IMG/VR virus record: IMGVR_UViG_3300027973_000030
Coordinates: 67,295 to 131,294 of that record
From: a virus
DNA length: 64,000 bases
Reading direction: 5' to 3' (one strand)
Below are positions 1-12,500 of this stretch, piece by piece. The stretch's first letter is position 1. Every line of letters starts with the position of its first letter. The position numbers and the translations under genes are program-made. The notes beneath the pieces were generated by a model. It did no database searches, was not told the DNA's origin, and saw only the letters and a list, made by a program, of their open reading frames with translations.

Positions 1-3000
1 AGATAATTCTAACTTTTTAAGTTCTTGCTCATACACATTATTACTAATACTCTTTTCAAGTACATATGCGTTCTTAAGCTCAGTTATCTTTTCGTTTATT
101 GCGTTTATACGAGCTTCATTACGAGGATCGTTAGTATATAAAATAGGTAAATTATCTACAGGAACACCTTCATCATCAGTAAGTCTCTGTGTAGAATGCA
201 CTCTTCCAGATACATCAAACCAACTTCTTACAGATTTTGCTATAGCACCTAATGTAGAAGCACCATTTCTTTTAGCAGCATTAATGTAGTTATCTTTAAC
301 TCTAGCCACCTTACCTAACATCTTTTGTTGAATATCAATAGGAAGCATCTCAAGCGTAGCTCTCATCTCTTTATTAAACACTTCAAAGAACTCTTTCTGA
401 GCACGTTCTACTTCTGTAGTAGGATTCATTAGTTTTACATAACGCTCATCACGCATCTCTTTACCAGCTAAAGTAGTTTCTCTAATCTCAATATACTTAG
501 CTTTAACAAAATATCCAGTTTTTAATTCTGTACGTCCTTTATATACACCGTTCTTTTCAAATACGGCACCCATATATTCTACACGATCATAATGTTTATC
601 TCTAAACTTTCTATAGGCTTCATCAGATACTGTAGATTTCTTAACCCAAGATAGAATACCACGCTTAGCAGAAGGACCATGGGGCACCTCATATAAAGCA
701 CGCTCATTAATAAAGTCACTAGAGTATTTATGATGCTCACCACTAATTATATTATTATTGTCATCTAGCTGTTCAGCTTGTCTGAACTGTCTCACTTTAT
801 CTTTACGTCTTTGAAGTTCTATATTATATAATACATCTTCACCTTTTGCGTCTTCAAGATTTTCAATAGGGATATAAGTCATCTTTTCACCCTTATCATC
901 TCTAACAAGAGCAAATATATCCTTCTTAAGATCATAATACTTTTGACCTATAACCTGTAAGTATCTTCCACTAAAGTTACCATCTTTATCATAGTTTAAC
1001 ATAAAAGAGAAATCAATCTTCTTTACACCAAACGCTGCAGCTAACTTATTACCTGCTGTTTTAATCTTACGCACAAACTCATCTGTACGATTCATAGCTT
1101 TTTGACTAGCTTCTGTATATAGATTTGCTGCTATAGCTAAAAGTCTTTCTTTACTATTCTGAAGATCTCCTAAAGCATATTGATCTAAACTAATATCAAA
1201 ACCTTCTTTAAGAATCTTTGTAATCTCTTCCTCAGTTAATGTACCATTAGACTTTTTAGCAATCAAGTCTTTCATGTATGATTCTAAAGCAGGATTTATC
1301 TGATCTTTTACAACATTAAGCATGCTCTGAACTTCACGCATAAGCTTATATTGTTCTTGAGATCCCAATCCTAACTCAGGAATTGCAGCTAAACCTCTAT
1401 ATGATTCTATAAACTTCTCAGCTTCTAACACTACATCTATATATCCAGGATTACCAACCTTAGTTGGGTCTGTGATATACTTATACATATTTGTTAATGT
1501 ACTCTTTGTATAGTTAAGTAGTCTACCAAATGAGATATCTGGTCTACCAGCATCTTTCATTTCTATAGCAGATAACAATTCAGATATTTTATCAACGCTC
1601 TGCTCACGACTCTCTTCAGAAAAAGATTCAAATCTAGCAGACTTATTTAAGTTCTTTAAATACAACTCACGTTGACGTAACTTGTCTACAAAAGTTTTGA
1701 TAGTAAACTGAAGCTTATCTAATAAGTCTCCAGGAATATCATCATCTGGTTGTTCTTCTTCACCATTAAGAAAGTCTTCATCATTAGCAGGGTTCTGTAA
1801 ACCTAAAGCTTTTTTATATCCTTTAACTTTACTCTTAGAACCTTTAGTTTTTACTATCTTTTCTACAAAACTTACATTAGCACTCGGCTGGTGTACCTGG
1901 ATACCTTCCCATTCAAAGTCAGTAACCTTTTGTTCTTTACCAACACCTTCTATAGAAAGTTTAATATGTAAAGTCTGTACTCCTTTAACAGGAAAACCAT
2001 TAATTTCTGCAAGTCTTTTATAAGTACCAACTTGTATACCATGTTGTTGCTGAGTAGTAAGAGGACCTTCTAATACAGATTCTTCCCCTACCGGGAACTT
2101 TCTATTACGATAGTTATCACTTTTGTAACTATTCTTAGAAACTTTTAGATCAGTGATAAAAATATCACCATTAGGTTTAACTATAAATATATCTAGAGAT
2201 CCTGCTATACCGCTCTGAGGATCTGAAAGAATCACCTGCGGTAGAATAATAGAACCATCTGACATTATACCAATAACATAGCCTTGTAAAGCTTCGTATG
2301 ATCTTCTTGATATATCTTCTGATATAATACCAGTCATGTTTTCTTTAGCCTGGTCAAAGGTTTTACCTTCAATAATATCTTGAAGAGTTAAATCAAACTG
2401 AGAACCAAATAAACGGTTAAGCTCAAACATCCCTTCTGGGTCATCAAGCTTACCTTTGATAGCAGTAGTTACAGACTTATATGTTTGTCCTGTAACAGTA
2501 TGTACATAGATATGATTCTTCTCTTCTAAGATAACACGTCCTGGATCTTCCTGGCCCGCTTTAGCTTCAAAATAGACATCATCTACTATTTTCTTTTGTA
2601 GGTCATTACCTAACTGTCTAATACGATTTTTAAAACCTCTTGTTCTATCATCTAACTGATATGATGGCGTAGCACTTACCGGCATCCCTGTTAGATCTAT
2701 CTTACTTTCAGACATGCTTATCATATCTGCAATGTCTTGTAAGTTATAGTTTACTTCTAAATCAGATAACTTGATACTAAAAACATTATTAAACATTCTA
2801 CGTAACCAGTTTTTAAACTGGGTCAACATAGACTGTCTCACTCTAGCAACTTGACTATCAGATATATCACCTGCATCAGTCATGTTACCTGCAGCTAATT
2901 TACCAAGGTAACTAATCAAAGCTTCATCCATCTGATCTTCTTCAGATAAGTTACTGTAACCCTCAGTAGCTTTAACATTTTCAATCTCAGCTAATCCTTC

Positions 3001-3561
3001 TTCTATAGACTGAAGCTCTTTCATAAGCTTGTCATATAGAGACTTATTATCAGTTTTTAATACACTTATGAACGGGTGTAGATACTCATGAAATGGAGTA
3101 TCCTTACTAATTTCTTTAGCAGAGTTAATATAAACTTTACCGTTTTGAAACTTAGCTTTCCACTCAGCATTTGGTTCACTAACCATTTGATAATCAACAC
3201 CAAATCTTTCCTTAAGTCTATCAAGCATTTTAGTAGCTGTAGCCATATCTACTGGAACTTGTGGTGTTTCAATCTTAGGAGCTTCTATTGTAGGCTCAGA
3301 TCCTAAGTATTTTCTAACTGAACTAATAAATGGCTCGTTATTACTATCTACTAAACCTTTAGCTTCTCCAGATTCAAAGTCACCAAAGTAAGCTTTAAAA
3401 GATGGCGTGTATGCAAGTAGATACATATCTACAGCTAACTCTTGATCTTTACCTACTTCAGGTAATGAGATGATGTCACTATACAATTTAGACTCAACAC
3501 CATTAGGAGCCTTAACTGTTACAACTTCACCTTTATCATTTCTAAATATTTTACAAGCCAT
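1..3561 (-). CDS. Large polyvalent virion (cargo) protein with zincin metallopeptidase and PD-(D/E)XK nuclease domains; 3' end runs off the window
   Basis: Missing from the ORF track because it is truncated. ATG at 3561. My partial translation (MACKIFRNDKGEVVTVKAPNGVESKLY...AYTPSFKAYFGDF...) and the last codons at position 1 are in the same frame (>=1187 aa). HEYLH at 3076-3090; GIAGSLDIFIVKPNGDIFITDLKVS at ~2137-2212, followed by QHGIQVGTYK. Confidence 0.85.
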   Translation of the reverse strand, partial: MACKIFRNDKGEVVTVKAPNGVESKLYSDIISLPEVGKDQELAVDMYLLAYTPSFKAYFGDFESGEAKGLVDSNNEPFISSVRKYLGSEPTIEAPKIETPQVPVDMATATKMLDRLKERFGVDYQMVSEPNAEWKAKFQNGKVYINSAKEISKDTPFHEYLHPFISVLKTDNKSLYDKLMKELQSIEEGLAEIENVKATEGYSNLSEEDQMDEALISYLGKLAAGNMTDAGDISDSQVARVRQSMLTQFKNWLRRMFNNVFSIKLSDLEVNYNLQDIADMISMSESKIDLTGMPVSATPSYQLDDRTRGFKNRIRQLGNDLQKKIVDDVYFEAKAGQEDPGRVILEEKNHIYVHTVTGQTYKSVTTAIKGKLDDPEGMFELNRLFGSQFDLTLQDIIEGKTFDQAKENMTGIISEDISRRSYEALQGYVIGIMSDGSIILPQVILSDPQSGIAGSLDIFIVKPNGDIFITDLKVSKNSYKSDNYRNRKFPVGEESVLEGPLTTQQQHGIQVGTYKRLAEINGFPVKGVQTLHIKLSIEGVGKEQKVTDFEWEGIQVHQPSANVSFVEKIVKTKGSKSKVKGYKKALGLQNPANDEDFLNGEEEQPDDDIPGDLLDKLQFTIKTFVDKLRQRELYLKNLNKSARFESFSEESREQSVDKISELLSAIEMKDAGRPDISFGRLLNYTKSTLTNMYKYITDPTKVGNPGYIDVVLEAEKFIESYRGLAAIPELGLGSQEQYKLMREVQSMLNVVKDQINPALESYMKDLIAKKSNGTLTEEEITKILKEGFDISLDQYALGDLQNSKERLLAIAANLYTEASQKAMNRTDEFVRKIKTAGNKLAAAFGVKKIDFSFMLNYDKDGNFSGRYLQVIGQKYYDLKKDIFALVRDDKGEKMTYIPIENLEDAKGEDVLYNIELQRRKDKVRQFRQAEQLDDNNNIISGEHHKYSSDFINERALYEVPHGPSAKRGILSWVKKSTVSDEAYRKFRDKHYDRVEYMGAVFEKNGVYKGRTELKTGYFVKAKYIEIRETTLAGKEMRDERYVKLMNPTTEVERAQKEFFEVFNKEMRATLEMLPIDIQQKMLGKVARVKDNYINAAKRNGASTLGAIAKSVRSWFDVSGRVHSTQRLTDDEGVPVDNLPILYTNDPRNEARINAINEKITELKNAYVLEKSISNNVYEQELKKLELS

Positions 3562-3589
3562 GTGTTATGTGTATATAAATTAATAATTA

Positions 3590-6500
3590 TTATCCTGCTG
3601 CTTCACAACCAGCGTCATCTTCTTTCTTACGCTCATCTAACTCTTTCCTTCTAGCTTCTAACAATATCTTCATATTTTTCTTAGCTTCTTCAGGATCAAC
3701 TTCAAAGTTAGGAACTTTTATGTCAGTTTCCTCAGTAGCTTTAAAAGTATTTTTCATAGCTTTAGGTGACGTAGTTTCCTCTCTAGGAGCTTGATTTAGC
3801 ATACGTAGTAACTCAGCAGGTTCTGTAATATCAGTTTGATATGGTGTGTTCTTACCATTTTCTACTTTAAAGAATGTAATCTTATTACCTATAAACTGAA
3901 TACGAATACCCCAATCTTGCTGTAGCTCATAAGCTTCTTGAGAAGTTAACACTGGATTTATATTTCCTATAATGTTATCTATAGATGCTTCAGCTTTAGA
4001 TATAGAATCATCAAGACCGTACTTCTTACTGTTTGCAGCTTGCCTATTTCTAAGAACTACATTAGTAGGCATCTCACCTGTTAAACCTCCAACCTTCCAT
4101 TGTTTCTTAGAACCAGTGGGATCAAACTTCTCATAGATAGCTGTATTACTTAATGCTATAGTATCACCTACTTCTTTAATAAATGAACCAATACCTTCTG
4201 TAGGAGTAGACTTAGTAACAGTTTCTTGTAGTCTTGTAAGTTCTGCATTTAAATACTCAAATGTTCTAGGAGCTTTCTCTGAAAGTTTAGCTAATCCAAC
4301 ACCAATTGGGGGAACTAATAATTTATTATATTTACCTGTATTCCAAGCTGCAATAATATTGTCTATATCTGCAGTAATTATACGTGCATTTTCTTCAAAC
4401 TGATTATCAGATTTAAAAGCAGAATCATCCATATTAGGAGCTTTCTTAGTAGAAATACCCATAGCATTAGGTTCTCCTCTCATCTCTTTAGCTTGACCAC
4501 CCAAACCACTTCTTTGATCATTATCTCCAAAGACATATAATGTACCTGGATTTTTCTTAAGATCTTCTCTTTTAAGAATTCTAGTAGTTCTTGAAAAAGC
4601 AGTAGCTGTATCTACTTTTTTAGCAGTGCTTCTAAGCTTATAGAAAATAGCCTTTTCATTAACTCCTTTTTGACCAGTTACAATTTTAATAGTATAAGGA
4701 AGTTCAATATAGTATCTATTGTTACCTTTATCATCAGGACGATTTGTTAATTTAAAACCGTTAGCTTTAAGAACTTCTTTATTATAGTTTAACTTATCTA
4801 GGTCTTTTTGTTCAAATTTACCTGTAGCTATAACTTCATCTATAAATTCATTACCGTATTGATCAGTTAACAACATCATTTCTGGTTTACGAATACCACC
4901 AAACAAGTCAATTGCTAATATAGAATTATCTTCAGACTGCAGTATGACTTCAGGTACATATCCTTTAGGTTTATTCTTTTCAACCTCTGTTGAAGGTTTA
5001 GCACCTGCATAAACACGCTTGATATTAAATGCATTATTAATATTTGTAGTGTATAATCCAGTAAACTGATTAAACAACTCCATAGCTGTAGCACCAAATA
5101 TTTCTTTATACTTCTCATTATCATTAATTAAAGCATCTTCTTTAAGTAATTGATGAGAAACTCCTGTTGCATCTAACAACTCTTTAAACATAGCAGGAGG
5201 AATAAACTTAATAAAACTACCGCTCTTAAACTGACCACCGTCTTTAACTATAAGATAGTTAAACATGTTGTAAGCTAACTGTCTAGTCTTAGGATTACTA
5301 TATATCTCAATAAAGCTATCTGCAATACGATTTTGTTCGTACTCTCCTAACTTAGCCCATGTATTAGACTCTACAGTGTTGATACCACCTCTAGACTTAG
5401 CATTGTAATATTCTTGACTGCTGTTAGCGTCATATAACTTTACAGGAATAATGTTTAAGAACTTATTAGCAAAGTAGTTCTTAGGTAATTGCTGTCTTAT
5501 AGACTTAACTGTATCAATTATATCCATAAATCCATCACCTCTAGACACAGCTTCAGCATCATAAATCATAGCATTATCTAAACCGGCAAGCTTAGCTCCT
5601 TTACCATTTACCTTTAAGTATTGTACATAAGCTTTGATACCTAGGTAAGCTATAATGTCACGCTTAAGTGTTGTGTTAAAAGTCTCAGTCTCTTTCTTAG
5701 TAACTTGTAAGTTGTTAAGAATTGTATTCTTAAGCCTTTGGAAGATGTAAGTCTTTTCTGTAAAGACACTCTTCTGAAGTTCTTTAATCTGATTCTTTAT
5801 TCTTATATAGTTAGCTGTAATATTGTGATGTGGTTTAGCAGCTTCTTTACCTGTAAGTACTTGACGAACATCAAAAGGTATCTTACTCTTAGCAAAATCA
5901 ACATCACCCATATTCAAACCTAACATCTCTTCTTTCTCTTCTATCTTATCAATAGACTCATTACTTGTACCTAAACCTTTAGATAGTTTAAGTACTTGAG
6001 CTACAGCAGAATAGTATTCAGTTTGGTTATAAAACTGTAAGAAAGAATTGAATACTGCAAAGTCAACGTCTGAATTAGTACCTGCAGACTTAATATTATT
6101 CTCTAACAAATCAGTAGTAATATCTTGTACTCCAGAATCTTTAGATAGTTTAGAAGCAAGTTCTTCTAATAGCTTATCACCCACTTGTGACTTAATTAAC
6201 TTTTCTTCTTGAGTAGTTTTAATCTTTTTAGAAGCTACCTCAATACGTTTGTAGAACTCACGAACCGATGGCTGTAAGTTAAACATAAGTGCTGTTTCTA
6301 AAGGTACACCTAGTGCCACCATATTAGATACAACACCTACAGCATTAATATTAAGACCAAGTCTAGCAGCTAAACGCTCTTTAGCGTTATCCGTCATAGC
6401 AGATACTATAGCAGAAATATGATAGAATATACGCTCACCTTCGTAAGTGTCAGTATCTTTATTATATGCCTTATTATATTCATAACTGTTAAACTTATGA

Positions 6501-9500
6501 CCATCTATAGTAAGTACAAACATCTCTTCACCTGCACCATTAGTTTCTCTAATTCTAGTTTGTTTACCAAAACTATTCATAACAGAGTAAACCAACATAG
6601 AGTTTACAGCTGGTCCAATATTACGAGCTCCTTCTTTATTATTTTTAAATGCTTTGTATTGACCAATCATTGAATCAACATCTGATCCAGTTTCAACAAG
6701 TACATCTCTTAATATAGGGAATCTATCTATAAAATTATCTACAACATCAATAAGAGGTTGAACCTCAGCTACTTGGAATGCTGATGGTATAGAACCATCT
6801 TTAGTCTTAGTAACTCCATCATTATTCTGTAGCTTTATTTTAGCTTCAAGAATACGATTGTTAAGAACACCGTTATTAAGTTCACCATATTGATCTACAG
6901 CTTTAGCATACTCATCAGCATTACTAGGTAATCCTAATTCTTTTAAAGCATTTTCAATCATCATTGATTCCAAAGACTTAGTTAATAAATCTTTAGCTAA
7001 CTCTTCAAAGCTATCATAAATACCACCTTCTTCTGAATAGACTTCGTCATCTTGAGCTTCATCTCTAAGTTGTACAAGTTTAGTTTTAAAAGTTTTATTG
7101 TTAGCCTGTAAATACATTACATATTCTGTAAACTTTCCTTCTTTAGTTTTATCTGTACCGTACGCTACACGCTCTCCATCTTTACGATAAAAGTCCATGA
7201 TTTGCATGTACACCTTATCTATATCAAAGTCAGCTCCAGAGATCTCAATCAACTCATGAGGGAACACTGCAGTAGAACCATAGAATGCCGGTAAGAAATC
7301 TATAAGTTTAGTAGTAGCAAATGAGTGCTTATCCTGTGAAGGAATACGTACAGCAAATGCTTTTAAAGCAGCTTCTGAAATAGTACCATCTTCATTGTAC
7401 ATACGCATATCTTCTCTAAAGTGAGGAGGCATCATATACTCTGTAAAGTAACCTGTGATATTACCTTGTTCATCAAACTCAGGTACATTATGTCTTAAAT
7501 CATCTATGTAAATATCACCAACTTTTAAACCATCAAACTCACGATCCATATCATTATTAAAACGCTTAGCTGCTTTTACTTCAGCTAGTAACGCTCTATC
7601 TTTTTCGTATTGACGTCTAGTAATAACTTCCCAACTTAATGGTTGACCATTCTCATCTAGTCTAGTTACACGCTTAGCAACCTTCATACCATAGTTAGAA
7701 GCTAAAGCTAAAGAGTGACCTGGAGCTTTCTCACTCATTACACCTTTAGAGAAATAAGCTAAGAACAATTGAGTAAACTTATCTAATGTAATAGGGTGGT
7801 TAAGATCATACTTAGGAGTATACTCACCAGTTTCTTTATTCTTTATAGGAGTAAAGAACTCAATCAATTGAGGATCAGCACCTGTAGACTTAAGAGTTTC
7901 AACTTGTTTACTTAAGAACTTACCTAATGTAGGAGTAATCTGAGATTGTTTAAGAGACTTTTTAAGTTCTTTAAATGCTCCTTCAATATCAAACATCTCA
8001 TCACGAGCTGAAAAGAAGTTATTCTTAACACGCTGTTCAGTATCAGATAAGTAGTTATCAATCACTTGACCTAAAGTCATCTCTTCTCCTTGGTAGTTAA
8101 CTATAAGATCTCTTGACTGCTCAGCAATAATTAACTGCTTAGCTTGTGTAGGATCAGTAATTAACAACTTGTTAGAAGGGTTTTCTAACTGAAGTCTCCA
8201 GAAATTATTATCATGCTCTACAAAATTCTCATTTGTAATTGAATTTACATCTGAAGCAATGTTTTGTTTAACCCCTTTAGAAGCAGACTTAGGTATAGCA
8301 AATGTAATAGTCTCGTTAGCAGCTTCGTATCCTTCAAGTTTTTCTCTAAGTGTATGAAGTTCTTCGTAGCCTGGTCTTGCTATCCAACTATTACCTTGTG
8401 GAAGAGATGTAAGTTGCTTAGTAAGTATAATACCAGAAGTTTTAATGTACTTTTTACCATCATTGTAAACAAGCTTGATTGAATTTGTCTGAGCATTATA
8501 AGTGATAGATCCACCTCTTGTACGAGTGATGCCATCTTTATCTTTAACACGCTCTCCAAAAATATCTTTTACAGATACATCTTGACCTTTTTCAATCTTA
8601 TCTAGTAATTCAGCTTGAGCTTGGTTTAATTTACCAAGTCCAAACAATGTATAGCGTAAAGCTTTTACAGACATCCACATCTGAGCATCTGCTTTCTCTT
8701 TATTCTTACCTGAAAACTTACCTTTGTATTGAGGATCAGTAATAGTAACTACGTGTGACTTAGTATTAGTATGATTGATGCCTAAGTTAGATGCTGTAAC
8801 AACACTAGATATGTTATTACCAGAACCATTTAAACCTTTATTACGCTTAACTTCATCTATACCACCATCGTTCTTATAGTTCTCAGCAGCATCTCCAATA
8901 AACAATTGTCTAGCTGACAATGTATTAATAAAGTTGTTTACTAGAACTTGACCAATGTTATGCTCAGCTGCACCTACTACCATGTTTAGCATGGCGTTTC
9001 TGTCTTTATCAGTTTTACCGTTGCTCTTAAATCCTTGGAAGACATAGTTATTAAGCAATTGACTATATAAAGTATCTTTCTCAGAAACTCCAATGATACC
9101 TTGATCTTTTAATAGTTTAACCATTTGATCAACTTGACCACCATCTCCCAACCAATATTTGTTGATTGCAGATAAGATCTCATCATTGTATTGAGCAATG
9201 TCTTCACTATTCTTAGCAGCATCTTCTAAAGTAGAAGTTAAACTACCAAGCATATTACCCATCTTAATAAACTTAAGACCTCTCTCTTCACCATTATGAT
9301 ATCCTTCTATGATACCATTAGTATATCTACCGCTTTCTATTTCACTATTTACTCTAGCTATTCTCTCAAACTCACGTTTTACTTCGTTAAACAATATTTT
9401 TTCAGCATCTTTAGTAAGAAGTATTTCACCTTTCTTATATTCAACAGATCTAATTACAGGCAAGTTTAACATATCTGCGGTATTAGATGCTTCTAAGACA

Positions 9501-12500
9501 GCTAATAACACTGAAGATGTCATAAACTCTTTACGAGGCTGACCATCTGCAGCAGGGATCACATGCTTTTTATTGTTTGCATATAACTCAAATAGACTAA
9601 TCAAGAACTCACGGTCAGACATGCTACCGTAAGTAACTCCATCATTTTGGTTTACATTAAGACGCTTATCTTCTGTTAAAGTTCCATCTTCATTCTTAGT
9701 AAGACTAGATGCTTTAATACCATCTATACGAGAAACCTTAATAGTATCAGCAATATAGTTAAAGAAAGGACTATTTAATAAGTGGTTGGTAGCCAAGAAC
9801 TTATTCTTCTTAAGTTCATTACGGAACTCTTCTTTCTGTAATTCAGCAGCTCTCACTAAATTAAATGTAGGTAACTGATGAGAGTATACAAGTTCACCTT
9901 CTGCATTCTTATAAGAAGTAGAAGACACTTGTTCATCAAATACAGCATTACCAGCAGCTATCTTAGTCAAACGACCAATGGCAGCATCTACATCATCTTC
10001 AACATCTTCTTCTTGATTTTCAAAATCTTCTTCAGATTGAATCTTAGGTTCTTCAGCAGCAGTTAATGTAGAGACTTGTTGCTCAGATTCAGCAATCTTA
10101 TCTGGATCAATATTAGTACCAAATGGATTTTTACCACTTCTAATAGCAGCACCAATTTCTCTAGCGTCATCTTCAGTCATTACCTCAGTACCCTCAAATG
10201 CTTTAAGAATTCTTAAGTCATCATCTGTAAGATCTTTAGTATCTACACTTGATAGATAACTATACTTGACAAATAATGGAGATAAAGAAATACCTAACTC
10301 ATCTTTTAAAGAAAGTATAATATTATCAATTTGAGTGGTAAGTACGTCTTTACTATATACATTTCCTTTCTTTAATATAGTAGCAAGCTTATCTAAAGCA
10401 ACTGTTTTAGTCTTTATAAACTTAGAAAGACTCTCAGAATCTCTAGGCGTATCTGCATATTGATCTGCATACAGTCTCAAGAAAGCATTATACCATATAG
10501 AAAATTGATTTCTAGCAGCTCCTTTACGGTTAGCTTCACTAACTCTAGTTTCTTTCTTAGAGATATCTTTATTAATAAAGTAGTAATCAACAGAGAATTG
10601 ATTAAATCCTTTTACAACAGCTTGGAATAAATTAGCTTGATTCTTGTTACCGATATCTACAAAGTTTCCATCTTCATCATATTGTAGATCAACGTCATTA
10701 GAAAACTTAGTCCAGAACTTTCTAGCTTCTGGATTATGCTCAGCAAATATTTTTAAACGCTCAAGCATCTGATACTGATCAGTAGAACCTGCTACAGCTT
10801 TAAGAATACCATTATATAATACGTTTGCGTTAACAGCTTCAATTAATACTTCTTCAGTAGGAGCACCATCTTCAGAAACAAATCTAGTGTTACCAAACTC
10901 ATCAACTGTTTCTTCTGTAATAGTAGATAGGTATTGACGTAGTTCTTTAGATAGAGAACCATATCCTCCAATACTATAAGTTTCTTTCCAGTTATCTGTA
11001 GTTACTCTGTCTCCGTATTCATCTACTTGCTGGTCAAATTCATCAGATTCTAGCTCTTCTTGATAACCCATAATACGAGTATGCTCACGTATAGAATCTT
11101 TAAGAGTTTCTATTAACTCAGGATTACTAAATATTTTATATTTCTGATCTAATTTTTCTATAGCTTTTTGCATAGCTAAAGCATTTTCAAACCTTTCTAC
11201 AAACTCATCTGATTGATAGTAAGGGTTAATTCTTCTATCATATAGGTTAGCATAGTCAGCAAGTACACCATCCATGATATCTACACTATGGTCAGTTAAT
11301 CCAGCTTCAGACATACGTCTATGATATATAGCTGCAATAGTAGAAGCTAATACGTCTCCTTCTTGTTGACTTAAGTATATAGGAATACGTTCTCTCTCAC
11401 CATCTTCATTATCTATAACAGTATACCCAATCTGAATAGCTTTTAAAGCTGTCTGAGTAACTGCAATATTAGGACCAGTAGTAAATCTATTAGTAGCTAA
11501 TGCAGCATTCTTATAGTTACCTTTCTCTATAGATTGAAATAATCTATCTAAAGGAGATGCCTTAATGTTCTTGAAAAAGCTTCTAATAAAGTCTAATAAC
11601 TTTCTAAAGAAACCTTTATTTTCTGCAGAAGTAGGAGTCTTAATATCAGACTTCCATGCATCAAACTTATCTGCTAAATATTCTTCATATACACGCTCTT
11701 CTAATTGTTCTTCAGTAAGCTTAGAATAGAACTCTGGTTTAGAAGCTATTAATTCTTGTTTAAGTTTAGATAAGCTCTTACCTTGTTGACGAAGCTCTTG
11801 CTTAGCAATATTCAAGTACTTATCAATCTGTTGATCAGTAAGAAGCATACGGAAAATACCGTGGAATGCTTCATGATATTTAAAAGGGGTATTTTTACCT
11901 ACAGCAATCTTACCTTCTAGTCTATTGTTTAACTCATTCATATGAGTATAAAACATACCAACTGTCACACCTTCTGCCTTCATCTTACGAGCCATATTAC
12001 TAAGCTCTTCTACAGAAATAAATTCTGGTAAATGTTGTTGAGCCCACTTTCTAAACTCATTAATATGTACAGCGTCTTCTCCTGTAAGTCTATCTGACAC
12101 TTTAAGAGCAGCACTGTTATTAATCTGAGCAATCTCTTGATTAACAGCAGCTACACGTGGATCAGCATTATAGTTATGCTTCATCACATCAACTCTTTTC
12201 ATACCAGATTTAAGAAGCTCACCTTCTATCTCATTGATTAAAGCATCTTTCTTATCACTAAGTTCTTGTAATCTATCTTGAGCACTAGTTTTCTTTTGCT
12301 CAGCTTTACGTCTAGCTAAAAACTCTGCTTGTGCAGCAGCAATAGCTGGAGGTATAACCACACCTTCTAATGCAGCATCTGATGGTTCTTGATTTACTTT
12401 AGGTTTACTAGTAGGTACTATAACATTGCTAGATGGAGAAATCTGTTGTTTCTTAGGGTATACAAATATACCTTCATTCTTAACTACAGGTTTATTTACA

